From the NCBI RefSeq assembly GCF_018350175.1, contig NC_058368.1, positions 170,378,001 through 170,442,000 of the forward strand: a stretch of 64,000 nucleotides of DNA, given 5' to 3'. The translations under genes were made by a program, and so were the position numbers. The notes below the pieces were generated by a model that ran no database searches, was not told where the DNA came from, and saw only the letters and a list, made by a program, of their open reading frames with translations. This DNA is from Felis catus (Eukaryota). Numbering within the stretch: the first letter of the stretch is position 1; the number at the start of each line of letters is the position of its first letter. Positions 50,625 through 64,000 of this stretch are shown piece after piece.

Positions 50625-50985
50625 ACCAACAGGAAATAACAGCCCACTCCAAGACTTTAACTGAAGAGAGTTTATTACCAAACACATAGGCATCCAGGGA
50701 TTTCCAACAAAGGGAACTTGCAGGCCTGAACGGCAAGGAGAGGAATGATATCACTAGAGCCTAGTGAGAGTTGGAACCAGGAAAGGCACCCATCCACAGC
50801 ACAGAATGCATCTTACTCACATCTCCTATTACTCAAACCTGAGCAGAAGCCAGGAAGTAAGGGAGTCCAACTGATGCCAACCATAAGGGTCGGCTTTCAG
50901 GGTACAGAGCAGGGAAAGAAACAGAGTGGATGCAGGGTAGTTGGAGCTAGGGAACCTAAGGGAGCAAGTATAGAATGCCCACATA
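50625..50985 (-). mobile_element. Ancient ERVL LTR (LTR33-like)
   Basis: ttaactgaagagagttta…cagaagccaggaagtaagggagtcc…ggtacagagcaggg. Confidence 0.55.
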
Positions 50986-51448
50986 CTCATTTATGTTTTC
51001 AGGGGAAGGTAGGTCTTTATTTTATCACTAATGCATAAGAAGTAGAACAAAAGACATTTTCATGAAATAATAAAAGTTCAGACTTTACCTTCTCAGATTG
51101 GGAACTCCTAACTTTTTTTTTTTTTACTATCCACAGACAAATCTCTCTGTGAAACTGTGTATTTAAATGTAATAAAAATAGGCTAGAGACCCTAGGGTCA
51201 GTGGTGAAGGTCACCACTTTTGCTCACTTTTCATTACTCTTCAGACGGCTGCCCTTCTAAGGGAAAAGGGAAAAAGTGCAGAACAGGATTTGCAGAGAGA
51301 AAGATTTGTAGTTGGAAAGAATGTTTCAGCATATGTAAGCAGTTGACAACATGATATGAATACAATGGCACTAAAAATGTGCCCTATGAGCCTGCTACAT
51401 AGCTGGCATTCCTTCCACGTACTCCTTCTTTAAAGTCTTTTTAACCAC

Positions 51449-51656
51449 GAGGTACTTGGGTGTCTCAGTCAGTTGAGCTGAACGTCTGACTTTAGCTCAG
51501 GTCATGATCTCATGGTTTGTGGGTTCGAGCCCACCTTGGGTTTGCTGCTCTCAGCTTGTCAGTACCGAACAGGCTTCGGATCGTCTATCCCCCCCCCTCT
51601 CTGCCCCTCTCCTGCTCATGCTCTCCCTCTCAAAAAATAAATTAAAAAACATTTAT
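51449..51656 (+). mobile_element. CAN-SINE
   Basis: Sense body; TSD ttaaagtcttttt(t)aaccac. Confidence 0.92.
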
Positions 51657-53769
51657 TTAAAGTCTTTTTTAACCACAACTCAATAATGTTAAAAAAAAAA
51701 ACAAGTCATCAAGTGACATTTAATGAAGTCATGATCAACCAGCTCACTAGTATGTAGGGACCCGGCAGAAAAGCAGATTTGAACAAAGTGGGATTCTGAA
51801 CAAGTATATTTTGACAAGGAAGGAGGCATAGGTGAATATTCCCAAGAGAAGATGTCCAGCATAAATATTATGCAATAAGTTGGAAAGTAAAATTTTCACT
51901 TATACGACAATCTTTATTATCTTATTTTCCTCAGATAGTATTTCCCAAATCAAGCGAGAGTTTTCTGAGCTGTAATGACATGTAAACATCTGTTTTGCTG
52001 ACCTTGAGTTATTTTTTTAAGGCTAATACAGTTATAAACTTAAGTCCATGTATCTATACCATGGCCAATGATACTCTTTTATCCTCAAACCAGAACTGGT
52101 TACCAGTGCCTTAGGAAAAAAATCTGCAAATCACAATCTTGAACCTGGCTCAAAATTGGGGGTTCCTAACCAAGTGTCAAATCAGAACTATATCTAGGCG
52201 CAGCAGAGTCAAGAGTTGTCTGAAGTGAGGTGCAACCCAGCAGGGCCTGTCTTCTCTCCCCACTGTCCTCATTTCCCAACTGACCTGTCAAGACAATGCA
52301 TCCCAGTCCCCACACACCTTCCTTGCCCTAACACCCTCAAATGAGTTCCTACCAAGGGCAAGGCTGTTGCCTTTAGATGATTCTTGTTCATGACATCTGA
52401 ACATTCCTGTTTATCAAATCTAAACAAAATTTGTCTCTGGAAAACACATACACTCTGCCCTATGTAAAGATGACACTGACAATAGGTTCCAATGACTAGA
52501 CTACGACAATGCCAAAACTCGAGCAAATAAGGAGTGGTACAGCAAACAGAGAACAGACCTGGGACAAGTAGCTCAGAGAGACCACAGCAATTGTCCTGAC
52601 TCTCCATATTCTTGGGATGCTTTCCTTGACAAGTATGGATGTTGCCAGATGTCCTCTGACTCACTCTTTTACTTATAGGTTGACATCAGTGATGGTGATG
52701 AGAGAGGGCCAAAACACAGTTGAGCCATCTCCTCTCCACTCTGTCTGCCCAGAAGAAGCATCCTCATACTCAAACTGAACACACTTCAGATGTGTCTGAC
52801 AGCAGCTAGGAACGTACAGTTATTTCTCTATTTCAAGTCACTCTGCCTCTCCTCATGCAACTTCATAGATTTCATAACCTTTTTGTCAAACTGTAAATTC
52901 ATATTGAGGTTCCTTCCACACATCCAAATTCTCAAAGTTCAACAAGGACAACTTTTGGAACAGTTATTCTTCATCCTGGAGATACATGTATTTGTTGAAT
53001 ACTGTATTAAAGCTTTACATAATTCTGTTATGTTTTAGAAAATAAGAAAAGGAAGATAAATATTCAATAAGAATAAAAGCAAAAAGAAAGACACGAAATG
53101 AATATAAGTGGGCAAAATAATACAATGCCTTTTTCATGCAGGTTCAAAACAAGGGTTGTTGATCCAGACTGTATTTGGGAAACACTTGGATATAGGAAAT
53201 GAGTCAAGTCTTTTTAGATATGGTTTTTGGAATCAATATTTACTTTGACTACAGCCAATCATTCAATATAGAAATCTGAAAATGAAATATGAAAATTGCT
53301 CAAAAAGCAAAAACTGAAAAATCAAAATATGTTTCTGTTTAATAAAATCTAATTTCCTGCTTTATCATAGATATAAAAGGAGGATTCCTCTAAAGGAGTT
53401 AGTGAAGAGAAACTTTAGAGGAGTTATAATTCTCCTCAAATATTCAAATGCTATGTGCAGAAAGCATGGACTATACAAAGACAGAATAATGAACAAATAA
53501 ACTTTCCTGCAACACAAAGCAAAATCTCTTAATACTTCAAACTATTCAAAATGTAGTTGATCCTCTGCCAATACTCAAATTTCCATCACCGGAAATGTGA
53601 AATAGAGCCTTGTTATGAAGAAGCAGGTAACAAAAATCCTTATACTATATGGAAGCCCATGAAAAATTATATTGAAACCTCCCTCCCTCCCACCACCAAA
53701 AAACTGAGAGTCTCAGAATTACCTACTCAGATTTGCAGATTTCAAGAGTTGTATTTGTTTGGTTAAGAC

Positions 53770-54780
53770 TTTGTTTTTTAATAGAAGTTTTAGGTTCACA
53801 GCAAAATTGTGAGGAAGGTACCCTACCCCCACACAAGAATAGCCTTTCCCGATATCAAGGTCTCCCAACAGAGTGGTAACTTATTACAACTGATGAACCT
53901 ACACTTGATACATCATAATCACCTGGAGTACATAATTTATATTCTGGTTCACTCTTGATGTTGTACAATATATGGGTTTGAACAAATGTATAACATCTAT
54001 CTATATTGTTATGGTATCATGCAGAGTATTTTCACTGCCCTAAAAATCCCCTGTGCTCTGCCTATTCATCCTTCCCACCCCACCTCAACCCCTGACAACC
54101 ACTGATCCTTTTATTGTCTCCACGTTTGCCTTTTGCAGAGTGTCAAACAGTTGTAATCACACGGTATGTAGCCTTTTCAGATTGGCTTCTTTCACTTACT
54201 AGTATGCATTTAAGATTCCTTCCATGTCTTTTTGTAGCTTGACAGATCATTTCCTTTTAGTGCTAATTACTATCCCATTGTCTGGATGAACCACAGTTTA
54301 TTTATCCATTCACGTATTGAAGGACATCTTAGTTGCTTCCAAGTTTTGGCAATTATAAACAAAACTGCTACAAATACCAATGTGCAGATCTTCATGTGGA
54401 CATAAATTTTGACTCCTTTGGGTAAATACCAAGGAATAGAATGGCTGAATTGTCCAGTAAGAGTACGTTTAGTTTGGTAAGAAACTGCCAAACTGTCTTC
54501 CAAAATGGCTGTACCATTTTGTATTCCTCCTAGCAATAAATGAGAACTCCTGTTATACCATATCTTTCCTGGTATTTAATGTCATCGGTATTCCAGATTT
54601 TGTCCATTCTAATACGTTTACAGTGATATCTCATTGTTTTAATTTGTCCCTCCTTGATACCATGTGGAGAATCTTTTCATATGCATATTTGCCATCTGTA
54701 CATCTTCTTTGGTCCAGTGTCTTTCAAGGTTTTTGGCTTATTTTTTAACCAGCTTGTTTGTTTTTATTTGTTGGTTTTTG
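53770..54780 (-). mobile_element. Old L1 (L1MB-like) 3' region
   Basis: gttttaggttcacagcaaaattg…gatgaacctacac…gaaactgccaaactgtcttccaaaatggctgtaccatttt. Confidence 0.9.
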
Positions 54781-54924
54781 TCAAGTATATTTTAGTAGAA
54801 AATACTTGTATGCATTTAACCACATCATGATACACATGGCTGTAAGATAATTAAGACATAATATTTAACCTGGCATTTGCCTATCCTAATTGCTAAAATA
54901 TAGAGAAAAGTTACTCAGATTGAA

Positions 54925-55290
54925 GTCTTAGAGTCACTCTTGAGTCTCTTTTTTAATCTCACACCCCACATCCAATCAAACAGCAAATCCTATTGACTCT
55001 ATCATCAAAATACATCCAGAATCTGTCCACTTCTCATCCCATCAATTATATCCACCTTCATACAAGTCACCACCATCTCTTATTCAGCTTGTATGGAATA
55101 ACTTTAGTACTGTTCTCCCTGCTTCCCACCTTGCCCCCACATGGTGTTGTTTCAACACAGCAGCCAGAATAATCCTTTTAAATAAAGATTATGTTATTTC
55201 TCTGTTCAAAACTATTCCATGATTTTCTTTCTCATACAACAGTGTCTGGCACACAATAAGGTGCTCAAAAATTGTTGATTAAATATTGTT
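54925..55290 (+). mobile_element. L2 3' fragment
   Basis: cacaccccacatccaatc…aaaatacatccagaatctgtccacttctc…gtctggcacacaataaggtgctcaaaaattgttga. Confidence 0.8.
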
Positions 55291-55664
55291 AAAGTCTTCC
55301 CAAGAGATTCTATGACATAAATTTTAGAATCATTGATCTGTGAAAAGAAAGGGTGACTTAGTATAAAAAATTTGGGATTAGACAGTTTATCTATTAAAGG
55401 GTTAAATGTTAGCAAACACTTGAGTATAATCAAAGAAAAGATGTATAGAATACCATTCTTTTTTTTTTTCTTCCAAATTTTTACTTAAATTCTAGCTAGT
55501 TAACATACAGTACAACACTGGTTTCAGGAGTAGAATTCAGTGATTCATCATTTACTTAAATACCCAGTGCTCTTCATAACAAATGCCCTCCTTAATACCC
55601 CTCACCACCCCCCACCCAGCTCCCTCAATCAACCCTGTTTGCTCTCTACCTTTAAGAGTCTCCT

Positions 55665-55875
55665 GGGGTGCCTGGGTGGCCCAGCTGGTTAAGCGTCTGA
55701 CTTCAGCTCAGGTTATGATCTTACAGTTTGTGGGTTCCGGCCCCATGTCAGGCTCTGTGCCTACAGCTCAGAGCCTGGAGCCTGCTTCGGATTTTGTGTC
55801 TCCCTCTCTCTCTGTCCCTCCCCCACTCAGGCTCTCTCTCTCTCAAAAATGAATACATGTTTAAAAAAATTTTTA
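55665..55875 (+). mobile_element. CAN-SINE
   Basis: Sense body within the L1 3' UTR; TSD-like aa(g/a)agtctc. Confidence 0.95.
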
Positions 55876-57600
55876 AAAAGTCTCATGGTTTGTTTCCCTC
55901 TCTTTTCCCACCCCACTCCCATATGTTTATGTTTTTTTTTTTCCTTAAAGTCCGCATATGGGTGAAATCACATGGTATTTGTCTTTCCCTGACTATTTCA
56001 CTTAGCATAATACACTCTAGCTCCATCCACTTCTTTGCAAATGGCAAGATTTCATTCTTTTTGATGGATGAGTAATATTCCAATCTCTCTCTCTCTATCT
56101 CTGTCTCTCTCTCTCTCTCTCAGTGTGTGTGTGTGTGTGTGTGTGTGTGTACCACATATTATTTATCAGTAATATTCATCAGTTTATGAATATTTGGGCT
56201 CTCTGCATAGCTTGGGTATTGTTGATAATACTGCTATAAACATCGGGGTACACGTACCCTTCCAAATCTATATTTTTGTATCCTTTGGGTAAATACCTAG
56301 TAGTGCAATTGCTGGATCATAGGGTAGTTTTACTTTTAACTTTTTGAGGAACCTCCATACTGTTCTCCAGAGTAGCTGCACCAGTTTGCATTCCCACCAA
56401 CAGTGCAAGAAGGATCCCCTTTCTCTGCATCCCCGCCAACACCTGTTGTTTCTTGTGTTGTTAATTTCAGTCATTCTGACAGGTGTGAGATGGTATCTCA
56501 TCGTGGTTTTGATTTGTATTTCCCTGATGATGAGTGATGTTGAGCATTGATGTCTTTCCAAAGTCTTCTTTGGAAAAGTGTCTTCTCATGTCTTCTGACC
56601 ATTTCTTAACTATTTGTTTTTTGGATGTTGAGTTTGATAAGTCCTTTATAGGTTTTGGATACTATTCCTTTATCAGGTATGTCATTTGGAAATATCTTCT
56701 CCCATTCCATAGGCTGCCTTTTAGTTTTTGTTGATTATTTCTTTTGCTGTGCAGAAGCTTTCTATTTAATGAAGTTCCAATAGTTCATTTTTGCATTTGT
56801 TTCTCTTGCCTCTGGCGGCATGCCTAGAAAGAAGTTGCTACGGCCAAGGTCAAAGAGGTTGCTGCCTGTGTTCTCCTCCAGGATTTTCATAGTTTCTTGT
56901 CTCGCAATAAGGTCCTTCATCCATTTTTGCATTTATTTTTTGTATGATGTAAGAAAGTGGCCCAGTTTCATTCCTCTTCATGTCACTGTCCAGTTTTCCC
57001 AACACCATTTGCTGAAGACTGTCTTTTTTCCATTGGATATTCTTTCCTGCTTTGTCAAAGATGAGTTGACCATATAGTTGTGGGTCCATTTCTGAGTTTT
57101 CTATTCTGTTCCACTGATCTATGTGTCTGTTTGTGCCAGTACCATACTGTCTTGATGACTACACCTTTGTAATACATTTTGAAGTCTGGAATTGTGATGC
57201 CTCCCACTTGGCTTTTCTTTTTCAACATTGCTTTGGCTATTCAGGGTCTTTATTGGTTCCATACAAATTTTAGGATTGCTTATTCTAGCTCTGTGAAAAA
57301 TGCTGGTGGTATTTTTGGTGGGGATTGCATTAAATGTGCAGATTGCTTTCGTAGTATAGACATTTTAACAATGTTGGTTCTTCCAATCCATGAGCATGGA
57401 ATGTTTTTCCATTTCTTTGTGTCCTCTTCAATTTCTTTTATAAGTGTTCTATAGTTTTCAGAGTAGAGACCTTTTACCTCTTTGGTTAGATTCATCCCTA
57501 GGTATCTGATTTTTTTTGGTGCAATTGCAAATGAAATCGATTCTTTGATTTCTTTTTCTGCTGCTTCATTATTGGTGTATAGAAATGCAACCAATTTCTC

Positions 57601-57819
57601 GGGGTTCTGGGTGGCCCAGTCAGTTAAGCATCCGACTTCATTTCAGGTCCTGAACTTGCTGTTCATGGGTTTAAGCCCTGCATTGGGCTCTGTACTGACA
57701 GCTCAGAACTTGGAGTCTGCTTTGGATTCTGGGTCTCCCTCTCTCTCTGTTCTTCCCCCCATTCGTACTGTCTCTTTCTCTCTCTCTCTCTCTGTCAAAA
57801 ATAAAGGTTAAAAAAAAAA
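57601..57819 (+). mobile_element. CAN-SINE
   Basis: Sense body within L1 ORF2; TSD agaaatgcaacc. Confidence 0.93.
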
Positions 57820-58328
57820 GAAATGCAACCGATTTATGTACAATGATCTTATATCCTGCAACTTTGCTGAATTCATGTATCAGTTCTACCAAGTTTTTGG
57901 TGTAGTCTTTCAGGTTTTCTACATAGAGTAGTCTGCAAATAGGAAAGTTTGATTTCTTCCTTGCTGATCTAGATGCCTTTATATCTTTTTGTTGTCTGAT
58001 TGCTAGCTAAGACTTCCAGTACTACATTAAATAGTAATGGTGAGAATGGACATCTTTGTCTTATTGTCGACTGTAGGCGAAAGGCTCTCAGTTTTTCCCC
58101 ATTGAGGATGATATTAGCTGTGGTCTTAAGTATATAGCCTTTATGATGTTGATGTAGGTTCCACCTATCCTTACTTTGCTGAGGGTCTTTATCAAGAATG
58201 GATGCTATAATTTGTCAAATGCTTTTTCTGTGTCTATTGAGAGGATCATATGGTTCTTATCCTTTATTTTATTAAAGTGGTTGTATAGAATACCATTCTT
58301 ATCAGGTCTTTAAAACATACTTGCTCTT

Positions 58329-58490
58329 GGGGTGTCTGGGTGGTTCAGTAGGTTAGGCATCTCTAGATTTCAGCTCAGGTCATGATCTCAGGGTTGTGGG
58401 ATCAAGCACTGCCTCAGGCTGTGCACTGAGCATGGAGCCTGTTTGGGGTTCTCTCTCTCCCTTTTCCTCTGCCCCTCCATCCCCCTAAAA
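58329..58490 (+). mobile_element. CAN-SINE (older type)
   Basis: ggggtgtctgggtggttcag…tcaggtcatgatctcagggttgtgggatcaagc; TSD aaaacatactt. Confidence 0.9.
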
Positions 58491-58669
58491 AAACATACTT
58501 TCTCTGGTTTTAGTTCATACTATTATTTGTCTTATAATAAAGTAATACAATTAACTTTTTTTGTTTAAAAATTAGAAAGGATATATATCATTTAGAGAAG
58601 AAGACCCAAGGGAGTGAGAAAAGATCTGAAAACTTAGAAATTCTAGTGAAGGGAGAATCCAAAGGTGAA

Positions 58670-58900
58670 TAATGCTTATAAAGGAGAATTTTGGGTAAAC
58701 TGACAACACTGGAATGTGAAAGTGGATTAAATTATTGTATCAATGATAAATTATATTGAGGTTGGTATCTGTACTGTGGTTATGTAGGATAATACTTCTA
58801 ATCATAGGAAATATTCACTGAAGTATTTAGGAATCAACAACCATAATGTCTGCAACTTACTCTCAAATATTGTGTAAATGAAATCTTTGTTTGTATGCGT
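58670..58900 (+). mobile_element. Ancient L1 (L1MC/ME-like) 3' fragment
   Basis: attgtatcaatgataaatt…tgtactgtggttatgtagga…cactgaagtatttagg…atgtctgcaacttactctcaaat. Confidence 0.75.
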
Positions 58901-59414
58901 GCAATATTCTATGGCTATAGCCACTTCAAGCAGGCATAGAACCAGACAGGTATGATGCCCATGAGGTGCAGCAGGAGTCAGAACCATAAATAGAATGGGC
59001 TGGCACATGCATTATGTCCAGTGAACAGAAGGAGACCCAGAGAATTTTTTAATAGCATCTTAGTTAGATACTTTTAAATTGACTCTGAATATTCATTCTT
59101 CCTTTATTTCTTAGTAACTGAAGTGTAGATCTCAGCTGAACACTTGATAGAAGAATGTGTTTCCAGTCTTCCCTTGCATATCCCAAGGAAGCTAATTATA
59201 TTTACTTGACAAAGGTATTCTTTCCAGAGGCCTCTGGAACTACTGAGAGCATTGTGGAAGATTCTGGGAACATAACAAAGCAGGTAAGAGCAAGATCCCA
59301 TAAAACATAAGTCATTACTATTCATGTGGCCCTTTTTAAAATCTTTGTAATGAAGCCTGGAGACATTTAGTCTGTACTATAATAACAAAAAATAAAATGG
59401 TCAAACTCTTTGAT

Positions 59415-59850
59415 GTGGCAGATATGTTTTATCCATATTATCAGATTTGATATTGCTAATTGACTCTGACAATTCATTCTTCCTTTATTTCTTAGGACTA
59501 GAAGTGTGGATCTCAGTTGAACATTTGATAGAAAAATATATTTCCAAACTTTCCTTACAGCTATATTTAGCCACATAACTAACGTTAAAGGTGGAAATTT
59601 TGTGTGAGATGTCTACAAAGTCTTCTGAAAGAATATGGATATGATGGCTAGTGCTCCAACTGCCATCTTGGGACATGAAGCAACATGCAAAAGAAGGCCA
59701 GAAGAGCAAGATAGAAGGAGCCAGGGTGTCTAGTGACCATGGTACACTACCAGTCCTACATTCCCTGTGTCCAAACTTCCAGAGAAATAACCTACTGAGT
59801 ATTTAGGATCTTCTGTTATGGGCAACCAATTTAGCCCTAACTAATACAGA
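59415..59850 (+). mobile_element. MaLR LTR (MLT1J-like)
   Basis: tgtggcagata start, ctccaactgccatcttgggacatgaag, gagcaagatagaaggagcc, …ccctaactaataca end. Confidence 0.75.
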
Positions 59851-61605
59851 ATTCTTTGCCATCACTAAATATGAAATGCTTTTATTTTTTACAACCACAA
59901 GGTTTTTCCTCATTTGGTCTGATTGGTCCTATGAGAAGCCAGGGAAACCTGACATAGATAGTGCTTTAGGATAAAGTTTTTCAGGCAGAGATGGATCGTA
60001 TTAGGTAGGGCATTTGCCTAAAACTGCTCTTGGGTCAACCAATTTACTCAGGTCTGACTTGAGATTAGTTTATTATTATCATGTATTTCAAACCATTGTT
60101 TGTTTTGTCTTGTTTTCCTTCAATTTCTAAGGTAGAATAGTGTGATCTTTTACTCAGAGAAGTGTTAACACCAACAGCTGGACCATGGCTGGTTATTAAT
60201 AATGATTAGAGTCTATAGCTATTTTCCATCAAATGCCCATGTTGGTATCAGTTGTAAATACTAAGAAAAGAGTTGCTGTAAATTGTACTGCTTCCTACCA
60301 GAATAAATAGTTTAATATTTTTGGTCCCATTCATGCAGAAGCTTGGGAAAATCAAATGTCTTGGAATTGCAGTGCCTGCCTAGACAAGTGGCAGCCATCA
60401 CTAGAAGAAACAGTGTTAGAAGAACCAAACTGGAAATGGCGATACCAGTTGCAGGTTTGCCGCAGGCTTTCTCTGGTTGTCAATAGATTCCAGTTTTCCC
60501 AGAAAGGTTATGTCTGGGTGAACACCCAAATTTATTTTCTATTTAATGATCTATCCCTTTTCAGTCATAAAATAAATAAAGGGAAGTCAGAGAGCCTACA
60601 TCACTCCTTCTGAATCACCACTGATCCAAATGTCATTGGTGAGGATGTTAATTCAATATTTAAGTTAGGCAAAAATACTATTTAAATCCTACTTATCAGA
60701 TTATGCTTTGGTGTAGAAGAATTTAAATATCCCTGTGGTAGCACAGAAGAAAATAAACTTCTAATATTGCCATGTGAAAGCAAACTACTGCTGGGAATTC
60801 ACATGTATTGTTCTTGGAAAAAAATATCTTCACTTATGAATTAAGTGTAATTTAGAGATCTTCCTGAATAGAAACCACATTAAGCACAGCACTTGCCATA
60901 GTTGACAATTCCCTTCACTTTCCTGTATTCCCTAGATAAGGTCTCACATCGGGATACTGATGGCCAAACTGGAAAATAAATAGAGGGTTGTTGGGATGGA
61001 TCACCACCCACTCATTTCCGTTTCTCTATCTCTACTTTCCAATTCCCCTGTCAGAGCCCCCACTTCCCCTGAAATCTGAAACTACTCCATATTTTTATTT
61101 TGGAGGTATGCATGGCTCCAGGCCTTCCCCTTTGACATAGTTACTTGCCAGTACTCTTCACTTTATGTATTCTAACCACTCAAGAGGCTTTCCTCCCCAA
61201 AAGATAAAAAATAATTGCAGTAATACACCCAGGAAGAGGGGGATCCATCTTAAAAAATTTATTTGGTCTTCTGTGTCAAACTCAAAATGTTAGCACAACC
61301 ATTTAATTCAATAATGTTTCCTCCATATCTTTCAATGGTCAGTCCTCAACAGATCCAAGCTTCTTGGAATTACAATTAGTCCTGCAATTTCTGATATTCT
61401 TGAATATATTGTTTTTTCTTAAATACTTACATCCATATTTAGGACCTATGATCTCCCTAAAGAGGTGTGATTTTTTAGTATATCTGAAGGTAAAAGAAGA
61501 TGAAGTCATTAGGCCAAGACTCTTTAAATTCGGAGGTGAGAATACATTTTAAACTTTTAACATAAAAAATTATAAGTGAGATTTAAATATTAAAACAGTG
61601 ATGTT

Positions 61606-61613
61606 GTATGTAT

Positions 61614-61649
<36 letters not shown>

Positions 61650-61862
61650 AATTTTTTTTAACGTTTATTTATTTTTGAGACAGAGAGAGACAGAGCATGA
61701 ACGGGGGAGGGTCAGAGAGAGAGGGAGACACAGAATCTGAAACAGGCTCCAGGCTCTGAGCCATCAGCACAGAGCCTGACGCGGGGCTTGAACTCATGAA
61801 CCGTGAGATCATGACCTGAGCCGAAGTTGGACGCTGAACCGGCTGAGCCACCCAGGCGCCCC
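61606..61862 (-). mobile_element. Young CAN-SINE with (ttta)n tail
   Basis: Antisense body; TSD aacagtgatgtt. Confidence 0.97.
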
Positions 61863-62949
61863 AACAGTGATGTTTTAAAAATATAAACTTTAAATATCAT
61901 TTCTTAATGTTTCAGTACAGAAAGAATTTCACCCTTAAGATTTTTGGCCTTACCCTGATGCTCTCTATTTTTTCTCTGTCCTAGAACTCTGGACTATTTA
62001 GGCAAAGTCTACCATGACTTTGGGTCTGGTTGCAGCACTTTAGTAGTTGTATGGTTCCTGAGAATATCATTTTCCAGTGCTGCATCAATATTATCTGTAA
62101 TCTTACTAACTCAAAACTAGACTCACTTGGGATTTGAAATGCTGGTATTACAAAAGCAATTTGCCATATTCAGTCATGTTCTCTCTATTCAGACTAGGTA
62201 ACTGACATGTAAGCAGAACAAGAGACTGACTACTTGAAGTCTTTCTCATTATCATTCTCAATAGTAGCCCTTCTCAATCAAAAGCTATATGAAGAGAATG
62301 ACTGAAATCTTTAGAAAGAGTAAAGAAGTCAATTTCTTTGCACCTCAGTGAGAATCAAATTATATGGGTGATTGAGAAAATCTGTTCTGCTTATCTGTAT
62401 AGCAGTGTAGAGATACTCTTTTCTGACTACCTTGGCTCCTTTTATAGTTTTCCTTGGCTGAGGTGTCCCAAATTTGGGACATCATCAACTACATTTACTT
62501 ACTCTCTATATGTATAAAGTACTAATTTCCTCCTATGCATCCAACTCTTACAGAACCGTATTTAGGAGAGTGACCTTACTAAGATTCCCTAGGATCCTAC
62601 TAACAAACTCTCCAGAAATCTGGCTAGCCATTAAAACTAGTCCTTGATAGTTATGGTTCATAGAGTCTCTGGTTTAAGCCAAGCAAACAAATCTACATGG
62701 ATATGACTAGCTTGCTGCTTTTTCTCCTTCAAGGGATTTGCTTATCTCATTTATGCTACAGCTGATTGAGAATAAGTGTGTTTGCTGTCAACTTTTCCTT
62801 TCTCATTAAGGCATGATGAGGTAGGTATCCAATATTCTCTATCAGAGATATACAAAGAAACAAGTATGTAAAAATTACAACAATAAAGCATAGAATGTTC
62901 AGACAAAAAAAACAATCGCATGTACTTATCCCATCTAGTTATATTTGGG

Positions 62950-63355
62950 TTTTTTTTAATGTTTATTTATTTTTGAGAGAGAGACAGAGCACAAGCAGGG
63001 GAGGGGCAGAGAGAGAGGGAGACACAGAATCCAAAGCAGGCTCCAGGAACTGAGCTGTCAGCACAGAGCCCGACACAGGGCTGGAACTCACGAACTGTGA
63101 GATCATCACCTGAGCTGAAGTCAGAAGCTTAACTGACTGAGCCACCCAGGCGCCCCGATATCTTTTTTTTTAATTTATTTATTTTTCAGAACAGAGTGAG
63201 AGAGCAAGTGAGGGAGGGGAAGAGAGACAGGGAAAGAGAAAATCCCAGGCAGGCACCACACTGTCAGTGAGGTGCCCGATGCAGGGCTCAGACTCACAAA
63301 CCATGAGATCATGACCTATGCTGAAGTCAGACACTTAACCGACTGAGGCACCCCT
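62950..63355 (-). mobile_element. Two adjacent CAN-SINEs (62950-63156; 63163-63355)
   Basis: Two antisense bodies bracketed by catctagttatat at 62933-62945 and 63364-63376. Confidence 0.93.
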
Positions 63356-64000
63356 GCAACCTGCATCTAGTTATATCATAAATCATCCCTATCTTGAGAA
63401 AATAGAATAGCCTAATCCATCTTTCTTAATTATATCTTAATAGTTTACTAAGTCCATGGGCTCAGAGTTGAAGGAAGAACTGTCACATACTAGATGGCCA
63501 AGAAAATCCCCTTGGTTTGCTGAGGCAGGGGTATAAGGTCACCTAGGTTGCTAGGAGCCTATGTCTCCAATATAAAATCTGAACGAAGTAATTAATAAAT
63601 AGAATAGGAGCCAACTCGCAGTTTAAATTTATTATGCTTCAGTGGCTTGCAAAGTTGAGTGGGAAGGTGTAACTTGGATCTGTGGCCAACATGTGGTTCT
63701 CCTAATACTCCTTTTAAGTCTAGATCTTGGGATCCATATGCAGGAAGAAGTGAAACTACAGATCATCCTGAGTATATTCAGGTATTGAGACTTAAAGAAG
63801 ACAGCCGATACTGTCTTAACCCGGGAATAAAGAGAGAAATCTACCAGGGTGGGCCATGGTTTTCAACATGCTAAATCTACCCATTGACAATCAGGCTCTT
63901 GTCAAGACTGTATGCTCCTTTTGATGGAGAAAGTAACAAAGAAAGTGGAGAGAGAGAGAGATCAGAAGTATTTTACCAATTCTGATTCCTCTTGGGCAGT

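Larger units (their letters stand above)
55461..58282 (-). mobile_element. 5'-truncated carnivore L1 (ORF2 3' half and 3' UTR) with two SINEs inside
   Basis: Antisense ORF2 peptides (VAFLYTNNEAAEKEIKESI…KKWKNIPCSWIGRTNIVKMSIL); TSD gtatagaataccattctt at 55443-55460 and 58283-58300. Confidence 0.95.

Noticed and set aside
52269..52664. 131-aa Cys-rich minus-strand ORF as a gene or non-retroviral endogenous viral element
   Set aside because: Non-ATG start, no recognisable domain, flanking frames full of stops
60340..61550. Weak exon-like segments at ~60340-60453 and ~61478-61536
   Set aside because: Poor polypyrimidine tracts or donors, no recognisable peptide, no consistent exon chain

Overview
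Mammalian, repeat-dominated DNA from a feliform carnivore, most likely a felid, judged from about 24 feline-type CAN-SINEs and carnivore L1s. I found no intact protein-coding gene, RNA gene or CRISPR array. Almost every ORF in the track is a by-product of SINEs, L1s or decayed ERV sequence. The most interesting part is an ~11 kb defective, mosaic class-I endogenous retrovirus at ~5.8-17.1 kb. It has a MER34/MER4-group-like shell with a 3' LTR only, two unrelated gag remnants, a protease and no pol. It has three PPT/LTR junctions and a ~300 bp inverted duplication inserted into gag. It also has remnants of two atypical envelopes. One is an ASLV/filovirus-like ('alpha-type') TM with a Cys-flanked internal fusion loop and a CX6CC motif. 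The other is a membrane-anchored protein lacking the ISD/CX6CC, tentatively a non-canonical F-like Env. The rest is a nested L1 stack (22-35 kb), L2, MIR, MaLR/ERVL LTRs, L1 fragments and SINEs. All repeat-family names come from recognition by eye and need RepeatMasker/Dfam confirmation. Boundaries of old repeats are approximate.
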